NCBI GenBank assembly: GCA_005888745.1
Contig: VBBS01000027.1
Coordinates: 55,045-119,044, forward strand
Direction of reading: 5' to 3'
Source: Candidatus Bathyarchaeota archaeon
Lineage (GTDB): Archaea; Thermoproteota; Bathyarchaeia; 40CM-2-53-6
DNA length: 64,000 nucleotides
Shown: positions 8,233 through 18,363 of the stretch, piece after piece
How positions within the stretch are numbered: position 1 is the first letter of the stretch
How the letters are laid out: every line of letters starts with the position of its first letter
Made by a program: the position numbers and the translations under genes
The notes under the pieces: model-generated
What the model was told of the DNA's origin: nothing
Databases searched by the model: none
The model's input: only the letters and a program-made list of their open reading frames with translations

Positions 8233-11200
8233 TTGTTCTCCTCCCTCGAGGGCAGGGACACGATCTGACTGCTGCCCTTGTCGATGAAGACTCCGAACAC
8301 CCTCTCCGCCCTCGATATTGTCGTATCCTTGAGCGAGATTACTATGAACTGGGACATGATACTCCTCGTCCGAAGGAGGGTCGCTAGGCGTTTTGCGTTT
8401 AACACATCCAAGTGTGCGTCAATCTCGTCCATTACGTAGAATGGCATGGGATGGATTTGTTGGAGTGCTAGAAGGTAGCAGACCGTTGAGACAGACTTCT
8501 CTCCTCCACTCGCGCTCCCAATCGTAAGCTCTGTTTTTCCGGGGAACTGAAGCAGGACGTCGAGTCCGCCTTCAAACGGGTTTTCAGGATTGTCCAGGAC
8601 CATTCTTCCGTTTCCCTCACCAGTCATCTCGCGAAAAATGCTCTGGAATGTCTCGTTGACCTTGTGGTATGCGCTCATGAACGTGTCAAGCTTCTTCCTC
8701 TCGAGCTCGTTCATGAAGTCGAGGATAGCCAGCTTCTCTCTTTCGAGTTCTCCGATCCTAACTGAGAGATGTTTGTATCCTTCTTTCTGTGATTCGTATT
8801 GTTGGGCAGCGAGCTGGTTGATAGCACCTATCTCGTCCCGTTCCTGTTCGAGGACGCGTTTCATATCTTCAGCCTCCTTGATGAGATCCGGGTGAGTCTC
8901 GAGCGGCGTCTCGAATCCAAGGCCTCTAAGTTGTCCTTTGAAGATTGTTAGTTGAGCGTCGACTTCCCTTAGGCCCGCCTTTAGATCGGTCACGCTTGCA
9001 TTGAGTGGATCCATCATTTGCAGAAGTTTCCGAGTTGCTTTTTCGACTTCCACAAACTGTTCTTCGTACTTCTTCCTCTCATCCCCAACGCTGTCCAAAT
9101 TTCGGACCAGCCGCTGCTTTTCCTCGTTGAACTTTTTCATCTCTTTCTCCAATGTTTCGAGTCGTTCGTGCGCTTCTTTGGCTCGGGCCTCTTCGCGATG
9201 AATCTCAGAGTCAAGCGAGCGCAGTTGTATTCGGATCTGGTCGATTCCCGGCCTCAGGGTCTCGAGAGTAGACTGTTGGGAGGAGAGACGTGTTTCTAGC
9301 TCGAGCTTCTCTCGGAGAATGAGTTGGTTCTCGGTGGTGGCTTGGTCTCGCTCCGTTTCGAGTTGAGAGAGCGCTGACCTTCTGGAATCAATCCTCAGCC
9401 TCGTTCTTTCCTCTTCTATGACCGCGAGCCGCCTCTTCATCTCCGCTTGTTTCTCCGCGGTCTCCTTCAACAAGACTTGTTCTTTCGCCATGGAGTTCTG
9501 GAGGCTGTCAATTCGCCGGGTCGTCTGTTGCAAGAATGTTCTTGTTCTCTCGAAACTCTTCTTGGCAAGTTCTACGTCCCTTGCCAAGGCCTCTCGGGTC
9601 TTGCTCGCGGATACTCGGTCTTCCAACAGCTCGTTTAGCTCAATCTCGATACGGTCAACGTCGGACCGTGAGCGTTGCACAACGGTCTCCAGCGATTTCA
9701 CTGTTTTCTCGAGGCTTTCAAGTGCAGTGGATCGGGGAACTAGGTTTGAGATCTCGAGCGGGGCTCTATAGTAGCCGCTCTCGAGGCCTCCTCCTGGCTC
9801 GTAAAGGTCTCCGCTGGTTACGACGCATCTTTGTCCCTTGGATGCTGTCAGGAACGCTGCTCTTTGCGTCGTGGCGAGTACAGTATCGCCGAAGACGAAT
9901 TTGACAGCGGGGGCAACTGACTTGTCGGACCGTATTACCTTCGAAAGCGGACCAATTATTCCGGAGACGTTGCCAGCGTCGGGCTCCAGATCCGAGAGTT
10001 CAAGATCTTCTATCGGAACGATCTTGACGCGTCCAAGCTTAGTACGTTTCAGGCTTTCGACGCACCGGATTGCTACCTCGAGGTTTTTCACAACTAGGGC
10101 TTTCATCCAGCCGGCGCTGGCTGCCTGTATTGCCTTACGGTATTCTTCGGGAAACTTGACGAGATCTTCTAGACGGCCGTAGACGCCTTTCAGAGCGCCT
10201 TCATCAGCCATCTCTTCGATCTTCTCGATAGCTTTGTCTTCTGCTCCCATGCTGTCCGCTAGGATCATTTGTGTGTTGAATTCCACCACGGTGACTCTTG
10301 CCTTCTTTGCGACGTCGAGGGCTTCGTCGATCTCTTTTCTGCGCTGGTCCTTGAGTTCACTGTATTCTTTTGTTTTCTGCTCGATTGATTCGAGCCGTTT
10401 TTCCTCTTCCTTCTGAAGTTTCTCCATTTCGCGGATTCTATTCTTCAGCTCTTCTGAGAGCTGGGCGAACTCTTTCTGGCGGGCTTCGAGGGTTTGCAGA
10501 TGGCTGGCGGTTAGGTCGAGTTTTGTCGAACTGCCCTTGCTTTGAGCGGTTAGGTTTGAAAGTTCCTTTCCCAGGCCGTCGATCTCGTCCTGGACTTCAC
10601 GCAGTTTCTTGGCGTCGAGGTTGAGAGACGATCGGGTGTCGGTAAGCTTTTGGCCGATTTTTTCGACCTTGAATGTGGAATCCTCTAGCTTGTCCTCTAG
10701 GATTTTCTTGTGTGAATGGAGACTTTTGATCGAGCTGGCAAGTGGTTTGACTGAGGTTTCCATCTCTTCCGCCTGTTTTGTGAAGGCTTCGCGCTGTCTT
10801 GCGCGGGTTGTGACCAGGTTCTTCGTTGTTTCCGCGGCGGATTTTGCTTCGACGATGCCCTTGCTGGCTTCTGCGATAAGTCTTTCGAGATCGAAGAGTT
10901 CTTGGTTTCCCTGGGTGACTATTTTCTCTTCGAAGCTTCGTCGGTCTTGTTCGATCTTTGCTCGCTGTTGAGTTAGGTCTTCTCTTTCGTGTCTCACCTG
11001 AGAGAGCTTGACCTGTTCCTGCTCGAGGGTCTGTGACATTTCCTGATGCCGGTTTTCGAGTGCAAGGATCTGGGCGGAGAGGATGCGCGCTTGCTGGCTG
11101 TTTATCTCGGTCTTGAGAAGATTGAACCTGAGAAGGTCGTTTCTTTCTCGTTCCAGCTGTTCTATTCTCTGTCTCACCTCATCAACTCTCGCAGCGGCGA

Positions 11201-11765
11201 CTTTGAGGTTCAGATCGGCCTCTTGTAATTGCACTCTTGCCTCGGCCTTCTTTGTCTCGAAGGTTCCGATTCCGATTAGGCTTTCAAGAATCCTTCTTCG
11301 TTCTTCTGTACTGATCTCCGCGAGGCGAGTGATGGCGTGTTGTGAAATAAGGTTGAAGCCGGTGACTTGGATGTCGGCTGAGCTCATTATGTCCTGGACT
11401 TGTTTTCTGGAGAGGCGTCGTCCGTTAAGGCGGTAGATTCCTTCTCCGCCTTTCGAGAACTCTCTGGATATAGTTACGAGGTCAGAATCTACGGGCAGCT
11501 TTCGGTCACTGTTGTCGAACTGCACTGCCACGTAAGCGGATCGTGCTCCTTCGCCCTGTGACTTGTGGACTAGGTCGGATAGGCTTCTGCCTCGGAGTTC
11601 TCTGGGGCTTAGCTCACCGAGCGCGAACTTGAGACTGTCCAGGATATTGGACTTGCCCGATCCGTTGGGTCCGGTTATGACTGTGAATCCTGTTCCGAGG
11701 TTGATGGAGACCTTCTTGTTGAAGGTCTTGAATCCTCGGATGTCGATTCTCTTGATGAACACCAA
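8229..11765 (-). CDS. smc: chromosome segregation ATPase SMC
   Basis: Walker A GPNGSGKSN, two long heptad coiled-coil arms, a hinge, signature SGGEKS and Walker B FYVMDEIDAHLD. TTG 11765 or GTG 11762 could be the start. Confidence 0.95.
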   Translation of the reverse strand: MVFIKRIDIRGFKTFNKKVSINLGTGFTVITGPNGSGKSNILDSLKFALGELSPRELRGRSLSDLVHKSQGEGARSAYVAVQFDNSDRKLPVDSDLVTISREFSKGGEGIYRLNGRRLSRKQVQDIMSSADIQVTGFNLISQHAITRLAEISTEERRRILESLIGIGTFETKKAEARVQLQEADLNLKVAAARVDEVRQRIEQLERERNDLLRFNLLKTEINSQQARILSAQILALENRHQEMSQTLEQEQVKLSQVRHEREDLTQQRAKIEQDRRSFEEKIVTQGNQELFDLERLIAEASKGIVEAKSAAETTKNLVTTRARQREAFTKQAEEMETSVKPLASSIKSLHSHKKILEDKLEDSTFKVEKIGQKLTDTRSSLNLDAKKLREVQDEIDGLGKELSNLTAQSKGSSTKLDLTASHLQTLEARQKEFAQLSEELKNRIREMEKLQKEEEKRLESIEQKTKEYSELKDQRRKEIDEALDVAKKARVTVVEFNTQMILADSMGAEDKAIEKIEEMADEGALKGVYGRLEDLVKFPEEYRKAIQAASAGWMKALVVKNLEVAIRCVESLKRTKLGRVKIVPIEDLELSDLEPDAGNVSGIIGPLSKVIRSDKSVAPAVKFVFGDTVLATTQRAAFLTASKGQRCVVTSGDLYEPGGGLESGYYRAPLEISNLVPRSTALESLEKTVKSLETVVQRSRSDVDRIEIELNELLEDRVSASKTREALARDVELAKKSFERTRTFLQQTTRRIDSLQNSMAKEQVLLKETAEKQAEMKRRLAVIEEERTRLRIDSRRSALSQLETERDQATTENQLILREKLELETRLSSQQSTLETLRPGIDQIRIQLRSLDSEIHREEARAKEAHERLETLEKEMKKFNEEKQRLVRNLDSVGDERKKYEEQFVEVEKATRKLLQMMDPLNASVTDLKAGLREVDAQLTIFKGQLRGLGFETPLETHPDLIKEAEDMKRVLEQERDEIGAINQLAAQQYESQKEGYKHLSVRIGELEREKLAILDFMNELERKKLDTFMSAYHKVNETFQSIFREMTGEGNGRMVLDNPENPFEGGLDVLLQFPGKTELTIGSASGGEKSVSTVCYLLALQQIHPMPFYVMDEIDAHLDVLNAKRLATLLRTRSIMSQFIVISLKDTTISRAERVFGVFIDKGSSQIVSLPSREENN

Positions 11766-11806
11766 GGCTGGGGCCCTGGACTCTCACTCGCAGGTGGGAC
11801 GTGTTC

Positions 11807-12589
11807 TCATCGGCCGTATCTTCTGTAGCGCCTCTGGTAGAGTCTGATGGCCCTTAAGAAATCGATTCTTCGAAACTCGGGCCAATAAACGTCTACGAAG
11901 ACCAGTTCGCTGTATGCGGATTGCCATAGGAGGAAGCCGCTTAGGCGCTCTTCGCCTGACGTCCGTATAACCAGGTCCGGGTTTGGGTTGGGGAGGTGTG
12001 CGGTGTAGAGGTATTTGTGGAATATTCCCTCATCGATGTCTTGGGGTCTCAGGTTTCCTTGGTAGACATCGTCAACGATCTTTTTGGTGGCGTCGACGAT
12101 TTCCGCTCGTCCTGTGTATGCGATTGCGATGTTTAGGAAGTGTCCTGTGTACTCGCTCGTGTCGTCTTCAAGTTTCTTCAGCGCGTCTTGGAGGCTTTCT
12201 GGGAGGAGGTCTGTTCTGCCGAGGGCTTTGACCCTGACCTTTTGTGTGTGGAGACGATTGTCTCTCCCAAGTTTTCGGGCTTCTTCCTCGACGAGTTTGA
12301 GGACGGCGTTTACTTCTTCGGCGGGCCGGTCGAAGTTTTCGGTTGAGAACGTGTAGAGGGTTAGGGTCTTGATTCCGTATTCGAGGCACCAGTCCAGCAC
12401 TTCTTCTCCAACCTTCGCGCCAATAGTGTGTCCGTCGTTGGGCCGGAGAGCTTTTTCCACGGCCCATCTTCTGTTACCGTCTAGTATTATTCCAATATGT
12501 TCAGGTAGCGGTTTTCCCTTGACCTGCTCGGTGAGCCATTTTTCATAGGCGGTGTATACTCCTGCTATTCTGAGTAGGCTGTCTAACAC
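11807..12589 (-). CDS. uppS: cis-prenyltransferase (undecaprenyl-diphosphate synthase family)
   Basis: GIILDGNRRWA, the RTSGEERLSGFLLWQSAYSEL motifs and the C-terminal RRYG. Confidence 0.9.
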   Translation of the reverse strand: MLDSLLRIAGVYTAYEKWLTEQVKGKPLPEHIGIILDGNRRWAVEKALRPNDGHTIGAKVGEEVLDWCLEYGIKTLTLYTFSTENFDRPAEEVNAVLKLVEEEARKLGRDNRLHTQKVRVKALGRTDLLPESLQDALKKLEDDTSEYTGHFLNIAIAYTGRAEIVDATKKIVDDVYQGNLRPQDIDEGIFHKYLYTAHLPNPNPDLVIRTSGEERLSGFLLWQSAYSELVFVDVYWPEFRRIDFLRAIRLYQRRYRRYGR

Positions 12590-13389
12590 GTTTGTTCTTT
12601 GACCTCCGGTTTGTTGAGTTGGGCTTGGGCGAGCGCTCTTGCGCAGGAGCAGCCGTCTCTCGTGTCAGGTATCTTGCCTATAGCTTCTATGAGAATCTTG
12701 TTCAGGATCTGGCTGGTCTCTTTTCCCTTCTCTTCCACCTCTCTTGCTGAGAGTGTTCTCTGGAGGCCGGCTGCCATGTTAGAGACGAAGCTGATTGATG
12801 CATAGCATATCTGGAGCTCTCTGGCGAGGAAGGCTTCTGGGGCGCCTGTCATTCCCACGATCGCGCCGCCGAGTGTCTTGAGCATGCGTATCTCCGCTGG
12901 TGTCTCGTATCTTGGGCCTTCGGTGGCGGCCATTACGATGTCGTTTCGAATGGTTTTCTTGCTGTCAGAGCCGGCGCTGGTTATCGCGTTTCTCAGGGTT
13001 GGGCAGTATGGTTCGGATACGTCGACATGTGTGACCGGGGAGTCGTCGTAGAAGGTTCCTTGTCGAGATTTCGTAAAATCGATCAGGTCTGAGGGTACGA
13101 CTATCTCTCCTGGTGTGAGAGTGGTGTCTATTGCACCGACGGCGTTTGTAGCGATTATTCTTTCAACCCCGAGACTTTTGAGTCCCCATATGTTGGCTCG
13201 ATAATTTACCTTGTGGGGTGGAGCGGTGTGTCCTTCGCCGTGTCGTGGTAGATAGACTGCTTCTCGTCCTTTAACTTGTCCGATGGTCAGGGTTGGGGTT
13301 GGACCGTATGGTGTGCCGAGGATCTTTTCTTCGCCTTTGACGAGGGATTTGACTCCTGAGCCACCGATTATTGCGATGGGCGGTTTCAT
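12583..13389 (-). CDS. mtnP: S-methyl-5'-thioadenosine phosphorylase
   Basis: IAIIGGSG, LPRHGEGH and TNAVGA motifs of the PNP/MTAP family. The Cys-rich C-terminal tail (CSC...C) resembles that of thermostable archaeal MTAPII. Confidence 0.85.
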   Translation of the reverse strand: MKPPIAIIGGSGVKSLVKGEEKILGTPYGPTPTLTIGQVKGREAVYLPRHGEGHTAPPHKVNYRANIWGLKSLGVERIIATNAVGAIDTTLTPGEIVVPSDLIDFTKSRQGTFYDDSPVTHVDVSEPYCPTLRNAITSAGSDSKKTIRNDIVMAATEGPRYETPAEIRMLKTLGGAIVGMTGAPEAFLARELQICYASISFVSNMAAGLQRTLSAREVEEKGKETSQILNKILIEAIGKIPDTRDGCSCARALAQAQLNKPEVKEQTC

Positions 13390-14150
13390 TCCTCTTCCTC
13401 GTAGAGTGCGCTCAGCTCGTGGAGGGAGAGCTTTGCGCCCTGGCTGAGCTTCTTCTTCGCAGCCTCTTTCAAGTTCTGCTTGTGAGTTTCTTCTTTTTGG
13501 CGCTGACTCATTTTCTCAGCTAGATCAATCGATTTTCTGACTACTTGGTATTGCTCGTCTGCGTCCTTGTATTCTCCGCGGAGCTGGTTGAGGGATTTTC
13601 TAACATCTTCCTGTTTTATCTTGAGTGCTTCGAACCGTTCGGATAGTATTACGATCTCCTCGTGATGCTTCTGGCTTTCCTCCGCGAGCTCCTGGACCTT
13701 CGCGTGTAGCTCGTCTGCTTCTTGGTTGGCTTTTGTGACCTCATCTCGTAGTCGGTTGATCTTCTTGGCCGCGTTTACTTGGGTTTCGAGAGCTCGGATC
13801 TTTATCATCAGACGCTTTTCTTCTTCCTTGCCTAGTGGTGCGGTTTGTACTTGCCATTCGAGCTGTTGTAGCTCGTGCTCGGCTGTTACAGACTGGAGGA
13901 GCTTGGGCGCTGTTTTCTGGAGAATCTTCAGTTTTGTGATGTTCTGTTTTGCTTTGTCTCGAAGGTTGTCTCGGGTTTTCTTGAGGGCTCTGACTGTCTC
14001 GTTGAGTTCGTCGCGGGTCTTCCGGCTTGCTTGGAGTTCTGTGCGTGTAGTGTCGAGTTTGCTTCTTACCTCGGATAGTGCTCCTAGGAGTTTGCGTTCG
14101 TCGGTTTTGATCCGCTGCCGCTCGTCGGCGAGCATTTCGAGATTGGTCAT
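13386..14150 (-). CDS. archaeal coiled-coil protein (COG1340-like)
   Basis: 254 aa of almost uninterrupted heptad-like charged sequence. Its stop overlaps the start of mtnP. Confidence 0.55.
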   Translation of the reverse strand: MTNLEMLADERQRIKTDERKLLGALSEVRSKLDTTRTELQASRKTRDELNETVRALKKTRDNLRDKAKQNITKLKILQKTAPKLLQSVTAEHELQQLEWQVQTAPLGKEEEKRLMIKIRALETQVNAAKKINRLRDEVTKANQEADELHAKVQELAEESQKHHEEIVILSERFEALKIKQEDVRKSLNQLRGEYKDADEQYQVVRKSIDLAEKMSQRQKEETHKQNLKEAAKKKLSQGAKLSLHELSALYEEEE

Positions 14151-14248
14151 AGCTGGATCCCCGTTTGTAACTGACGGGTCTGATTGTTGGAATATGGGGA
14201 AGCCGCCTTATAGACGTTCAACTCACTCCCTTCCAGAAGGGAGGTCAG

Positions 14249-14938
14249 TTGGGGCTGGAAAGGGTTGGGAGTCGTCTGTCCCTGATCGGGACGGTGCACG
14301 TGGACCCTGCCAGCGCTACGAACGTTCGAGGCACTATTGTAGCGATGAAACCGGAGGTCGTGGCCTTGGAGCTGGATGAGGCCCGGATGATGGCGCTGGA
14401 GAATCCGAAGGCTCAGAGCGGACGCGGAGCTGGAGTGTCATTTCTGACCTTGGCTTTGTTGGAGAGGTTTGCTGGACAGATGACCGGGTCGCCTCCCGGA
14501 ACAGAGATGTTGGAGGCAGCTAGGACGGCGAAGGCTGTCGGGTCCAGAGTGGAATTCATCGATCTGCCTATCACGAGTACGGGCGCCGCGTTGAGGGGGC
14601 TGCCTCGGAAGGAGAAAGCGAAACTGGTGGTTGACGCGCTCGTCAGCCTTGTCGTCTTGCCGTTCAGCAGGATAAACTGGTCGAAGGTGACGGAGGACTT
14701 GGATTCGCAGATCGGGGCTTTCCGGAAAAGATATCCAGTTTTGAGCAAGATATTGATCGATACGCGCGAGGAGCACATGATCAACCGTTTGAAGATGGTG
14801 ATGGACTCGACGACCGGGCAGGTCTTGGCCGTTGTAGGTTTTGGACACCGGGCTTCGCTGGCGCGGGCGTTGGCTGGGTATATGGAAGGACCGGGGTTCA
14901 GTACTAGTATTTCCTGGAACGTGTCGACCGGCAGCTGA
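14249..14938 (+). CDS. TraB/PrgY/GumN family protein
   Basis: N-terminal LIGTVHVDPAS...PEVVALELDEAR, characteristic of TraB-family proteins. Confidence 0.65.
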   Translation: MGLERVGSRLSLIGTVHVDPASATNVRGTIVAMKPEVVALELDEARMMALENPKAQSGRGAGVSFLTLALLERFAGQMTGSPPGTEMLEAARTAKAVGSRVEFIDLPITSTGAALRGLPRKEKAKLVVDALVSLVVLPFSRINWSKVTEDLDSQIGAFRKRYPVLSKILIDTREEHMINRLKMVMDSTTGQVLAVVGFGHRASLARALAGYMEGPGFSTSISWNVSTGS

Positions 14939-15116
14939 TGGCTGGATTCAGCCATGGAGGAAGGAGGGAGTGGCATGGGTAAGTGAACGTGGGTTCTAAG
15001 CGTTTTCACGAAGAGCGGGGCGCGGGAAAACAGACCACTCCGGGGTCACATAATAGTTAACGGAAAAAATAGTTACAAGAAAAGTTAGGATACTCAGAAC
15101 TCTCGTACCGTGCCCT

Positions 15117-15917
15117 TCACGGATCTTTCTGACGCGAGCGGGCTGACTTCGCGAGTTCGCGTAGGAGGTATGCGATGGCGTTGTCCAGCCTTGCGTGAGA
15201 GTTGGGGTCTACGCTGTAGACATGAAGCTGGATTAGGGTCCGGATTCCACCCTCGCGGCCGCGGGGATGGGACTTGAAGTATAGTCCTGGAAAGGCCTTC
15301 CGCGTGCGGTCTAGGGCCGGCGCGAGTGCTGACTCAATAATTCCAACCAGGCCAATGGACACTTCCTTGGGAGCTTCTGTCTTCGAGGATCTCAGCATCG
15401 GAGTAACGGACCCTTGGAAGATGGCTTTCATCTCTGAGGGAACCCCTGGAAGAGAAACAAGCCTCGTCTTGCCAACTTTGATCGTGACTCCCGGAGCAGT
15501 TCCAACGGGATTGGGAAGAGGCTTAGCGCCCTCAGGCAAGGTGGCCATCTTTCTACGAAATCGGGTTAGACCTGTAGAAGCTTCCAGCATACTGTACCGG
15601 GCCTTGACCATCGCGAAAGCTTCCGAATCCAGCACGAGCCGCTTGTTCAGAGCGAGGGCGACTCCTTTGAGAGTCATGTCATCATGGGTCGGACCAAGAC
15701 CGCCGAGAGTGATCAGAACGTCAGGTCTTCTTCGAAGAGCGCCTCCAACTCCATCCTTTAACGCCGCAAGCGAGTCGCGAAGGACAGTGATCCTCTGAAG
15801 GGTCCAACCGAAACTTGTGAGACGTCTTGCGATCCAGTGAGAATTGGTATCAAGTGTGTGTCCGATCAGTAGTTCATCGCCGACAGAGATTATCTCTGCT
15901 GTCGGAGACTTCCTCAC
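15117..15917 (-). CDS. CinA-like molybdopterin-binding (MoCF_biosynth) domain protein
   Basis: AEIISVGDELLIGHTLDTNSHWIARRL...DVLITLGGLGPTHDDMT. GTG start. Confidence 0.75.
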   Translation of the reverse strand: MRKSPTAEIISVGDELLIGHTLDTNSHWIARRLTSFGWTLQRITVLRDSLAALKDGVGGALRRRPDVLITLGGLGPTHDDMTLKGVALALNKRLVLDSEAFAMVKARYSMLEASTGLTRFRRKMATLPEGAKPLPNPVGTAPGVTIKVGKTRLVSLPGVPSEMKAIFQGSVTPMLRSSKTEAPKEVSIGLVGIIESALAPALDRTRKAFPGLYFKSHPRGREGGIRTLIQLHVYSVDPNSHARLDNAIAYLLRELAKSARSRQKDP

Positions 15918-15943
15918 TCAGCAAGACCCCGAAAAAGCCCTGA

Positions 15944-16570
15944 CTAGTGTCTCTCCAACGAGACGACAGCTGCCAGTGCGCCTGAAAGAGCTCGGTTCGC
16001 GTCTTTCCCAAACCCAATGATCACGAGGTCGTTCTCAGAGGGATGGAAGAGTTCTCGAATCCGAGCATCTTCACGTGGCGACAGTTCGGCAACTTTCTTG
16101 TTATCGGGCGGTATCGAGAGCTTCCCGTTAACGACCGCTATAGTTAGGGTCCCTTCCGCGCCGACCTTGATCGCTTCGTCCCTTTGTAACACCCCTGTGA
16201 TTCCGGGCTTGTACCTCTTGGACAAGTGGACTCCTACCGACACTTTGCCGGGGACCAGTTCCATCTCATCTAGTGTCCTGATCTTGCGCACGGCTATCTG
16301 CTTAAGATACCGTTGCAATGTTTCCCGTCCTTGCCTAGAAAGCTTGGCACCCGTTCCCTCGCCAACTTCAACCAAGCCCTGTTCCGCGAGCCTTTCCAAC
16401 AAGCCCCGGGTAACGCCATCATTGATTTGAAGAGCTTGAGCCAAGGCACGGCGTCCAACCGGGCCCTCAAGGTCAATGAGGACTAGGGCGCTCAGAAGCT
16501 GGACTGGAGTAAGCTGGGGAAGCGGACCCCTGGCTCCGCGACGCCACTTCTCAAGCATTTCCTCAAGCAT
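15944..16570 (-). CDS. winged-helix DNA-binding protein (MarR-like N-terminus, DUF4443-like C-terminus)
   Basis: LIDLEGPVGRRALAQALQINDGVTRGLLERLAEQGLVE is wHTH-like. The C-terminal domain was not identified with confidence. Confidence 0.5.
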   Translation of the reverse strand: MLEEMLEKWRRGARGPLPQLTPVQLLSALVLIDLEGPVGRRALAQALQINDGVTRGLLERLAEQGLVEVGEGTGAKLSRQGRETLQRYLKQIAVRKIRTLDEMELVPGKVSVGVHLSKRYKPGITGVLQRDEAIKVGAEGTLTIAVVNGKLSIPPDNKKVAELSPREDARIRELFHPSENDLVIIGFGKDANRALSGALAAVVSLERH

Positions 16571-16687
16571 CGAATCCGACAGCCAGTGTGATCATGCCAC
16601 TGGAAAGTTAACTCTTCCCAAGAAACGCGCAATTGCTTAGTCCTGCTTTCACCAGACAGAAATTATAGAGGAAGCTGTGAGGAGTCA

Positions 16688-17194
16688 GTGAGGTACAGAC
16701 TTCGTGAACGAGTTTCTAGTCAGGTCAATTCAGGCATCGGATCGCGGTTGGGTGGAGGCTTTCATCAAGTCCCATTGGGTTCAGAGATTGTTGTCGCAAA
16801 GGGCCGGGTCATTCGTCCCGCGGAACTTGGCGGTTTTGCAGCCTTCAGGGGAAAAGACGCCGTCGGTCTGCTGACTTATCAAATAGAGGGACGTGACTGT
16901 GAGATTGTCACACTCGACAGCATCACTGAACGCGAGGGAATTGGGATGTCGCTTGTTGAAGCTGTCAAGGAAAGAGCGAAGGCGAAGGGTTGTAGGAGAA
17001 TTTGGCTCATAACTACCAACGACAACCTGAACGCTTTAGGATTCTATCAAAAGAGATGTTTCCGTCTGATAGCTCTCTACCCTAATGCTTTGGAAGCTTC
17101 TAGGAAGCTGAAGCCTCAGATCTCCATGAAGGCCGCCAATGGCATTCCGATTAGAGATGAACTTGAACTCGAACTTGAGCTGTCAAGCCGGTAG
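16688..17194 (+). CDS. GNAT-family N-acetyltransferase, 5' end apparently frameshifted
   Basis: GNAT core (GIGMSLVEAV...GCRRIWLITTNDNLNALGFYQKRCF). A better N-terminus (MNEFLVRSIQASDRGWVEAFIKSHW) is encoded from GTG 16704 in another frame and joins at the GGG run 16777..16779. Confidence 0.65.
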   Translation: MRYRLRERVSSQVNSGIGSRLGGGFHQVPLGSEIVVAKGRVIRPAELGGFAAFRGKDAVGLLTYQIEGRDCEIVTLDSITEREGIGMSLVEAVKERAKAKGCRRIWLITTNDNLNALGFYQKRCFRLIALYPNALEASRKLKPQISMKAANGIPIRDELELELELSSR

Positions 17195-17246
17195 CCACAC
17201 ATTGTAGGAGAACAACGTCAACGAGATTTTGGGAAAACGTAGCTGA

Positions 17247-17459
17247 CTACTTTTTCTTGTCGCTCAGCCACCATTTCAGATAGTCCTTGTGGCGGCGTTT
17301 CTTCTCTTCGTCTGCCGACTCTTCGGTGCGAAGCATCTTTTCTCGTCCTTCTAGAAGGTTTTGCTGGGTGAAGGTTAGGCCGCAGCTCTTACAGGCATAT
17401 TGCTTGATTGCAGGGTCATAACTTAGGTTTCCACCGCACTCCAAGCAATAATTAGGCAA
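17247..17459 (-). CDS. small zinc-ribbon protein
   Basis: CLECGG...CKSCG four-Cys ribbon followed by a Lys/Glu-rich tail. Confidence 0.55.
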   Translation of the reverse strand: MPNYCLECGGNLSYDPAIKQYACKSCGLTFTQQNLLEGREKMLRTEESADEEKKRRHKDYLKWWLSDKKK

Positions 17460-17576
17460 ACTTCTCCTCGAGAAGAAATTTGGCTCGCGAACCAGATAAA
17501 GATTCGGTTACTCAAAAGGGCCAAAGGATGAAAAATTCGGCCGTAGGCGACGAAATTGGGTGTTGGCGGAGAACGG

Positions 17577-17584
17577 TTAATATG
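17577..17584 (+). promoter_or_regulatory. TATA-box-like element upstream of rps8e
   Basis: TTAATATG ends 30 nt upstream of TTG 17614. Confidence 0.35.
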
Positions 17585-17613
17585 CCGACTCTGTCAGTCG
17601 GAATTCGATTCGA

Positions 17614-18012
17614 TTGCCTCGATATCATGGCAACCAGCACAAGAAGAAACCCACTGGTGGGGTCAAGCGTAACTGGCGGGGAAAACGCGCCTTCGAGGCC
17701 GGCGGAGAACCGGTCGAGACGACCCTTGGCAAGGTTAAGCAGAGAAGAGTTGGAATCCGAGGCGGGGCTACGAAAATAAAACTGGCGTCGGCTGACTGGG
17801 CTGTTGTCACCGACAAGTCGACGGGTAAGTCGTCGAAATCGAAGCTTCTGCGAGTTGTTAAGAATCCGGCGAACGTTGACTATCAGAGGCGGGGAGTAAT
17901 CACGAAGGGTGCGATCGTCGATACGGAACTCGGTCAGGCGCGAGTGACCTCTCGTCCCGGACAAGACGGGGTCATCAACGCAGTCCTCGTATCCCAAGCC
18001 AGCAAGTCCTAA
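17614..18012 (+). CDS. rps8e: 30S ribosomal protein S8e
   Basis: Basic N-terminus with KKKPTGG..R and the C-terminal VTSRPGQDGVINAVL pattern of S8e. TTG start. Confidence 0.9.
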   Translation: MPRYHGNQHKKKPTGGVKRNWRGKRAFEAGGEPVETTLGKVKQRRVGIRGGATKIKLASADWAVVTDKSTGKSSKSKLLRVVKNPANVDYQRRGVITKGAIVDTELGQARVTSRPGQDGVINAVLVSQASKS

Positions 18013-18032
18013 GATAGAACGGTGAAACCAGG

Positions 18033-18356
18033 GTGAAAAACCCGGGTCACGTCATCATCTGGCCATTCCACATAGACAGTACGAAGACCAGGGGCCAGGG
18101 AAGAAAACTTCCGATAGCGCGAGCGATAAAACAGCCAAACCTCAGAGAAATTGTGCAGGCGGCGACAATCCTAGGTTATGTTCCGGAACCGAAGGAAAAA
18201 TCGGCGATGCCCAGCCTTCACTGGGAGAAGGCAGGAAATGTTACGGTGAAGAAGACGGCTCCCAAGGTTACAATGCTGAAATCGATTGCCGGGGAGATCG
18301 TGAAGATACGGCAAAAAGAGGCCCAGGCTGTCGAGCCGAAGAAAGACCGACGATAG
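18033..18356 (+). CDS. srp19: signal recognition particle protein SRP19
   Basis: IIWPFHIDSTKTRGQGRKLP...L...A..LGY pattern of SRP19. GTG start. Confidence 0.85.
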   Translation: MKNPGHVIIWPFHIDSTKTRGQGRKLPIARAIKQPNLREIVQAATILGYVPEPKEKSAMPSLHWEKAGNVTVKKTAPKVTMLKSIAGEIVKIRQKEAQAVEPKKDRR

Positions 18357-18363
18357 ACCCGAC

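Noticed and set aside
8590-11847. A dense series of plus-strand ORFs (60-120 aa) opposite smc.
   Set aside because: They are antisense shadows of a long, repetitive, Glu/Lys/Leu-rich coiled-coil gene. Their translations are Ser/Arg/Phe-rich low-complexity sequence with no motifs. The SMC reading frame is continuous with all of its motifs intact.
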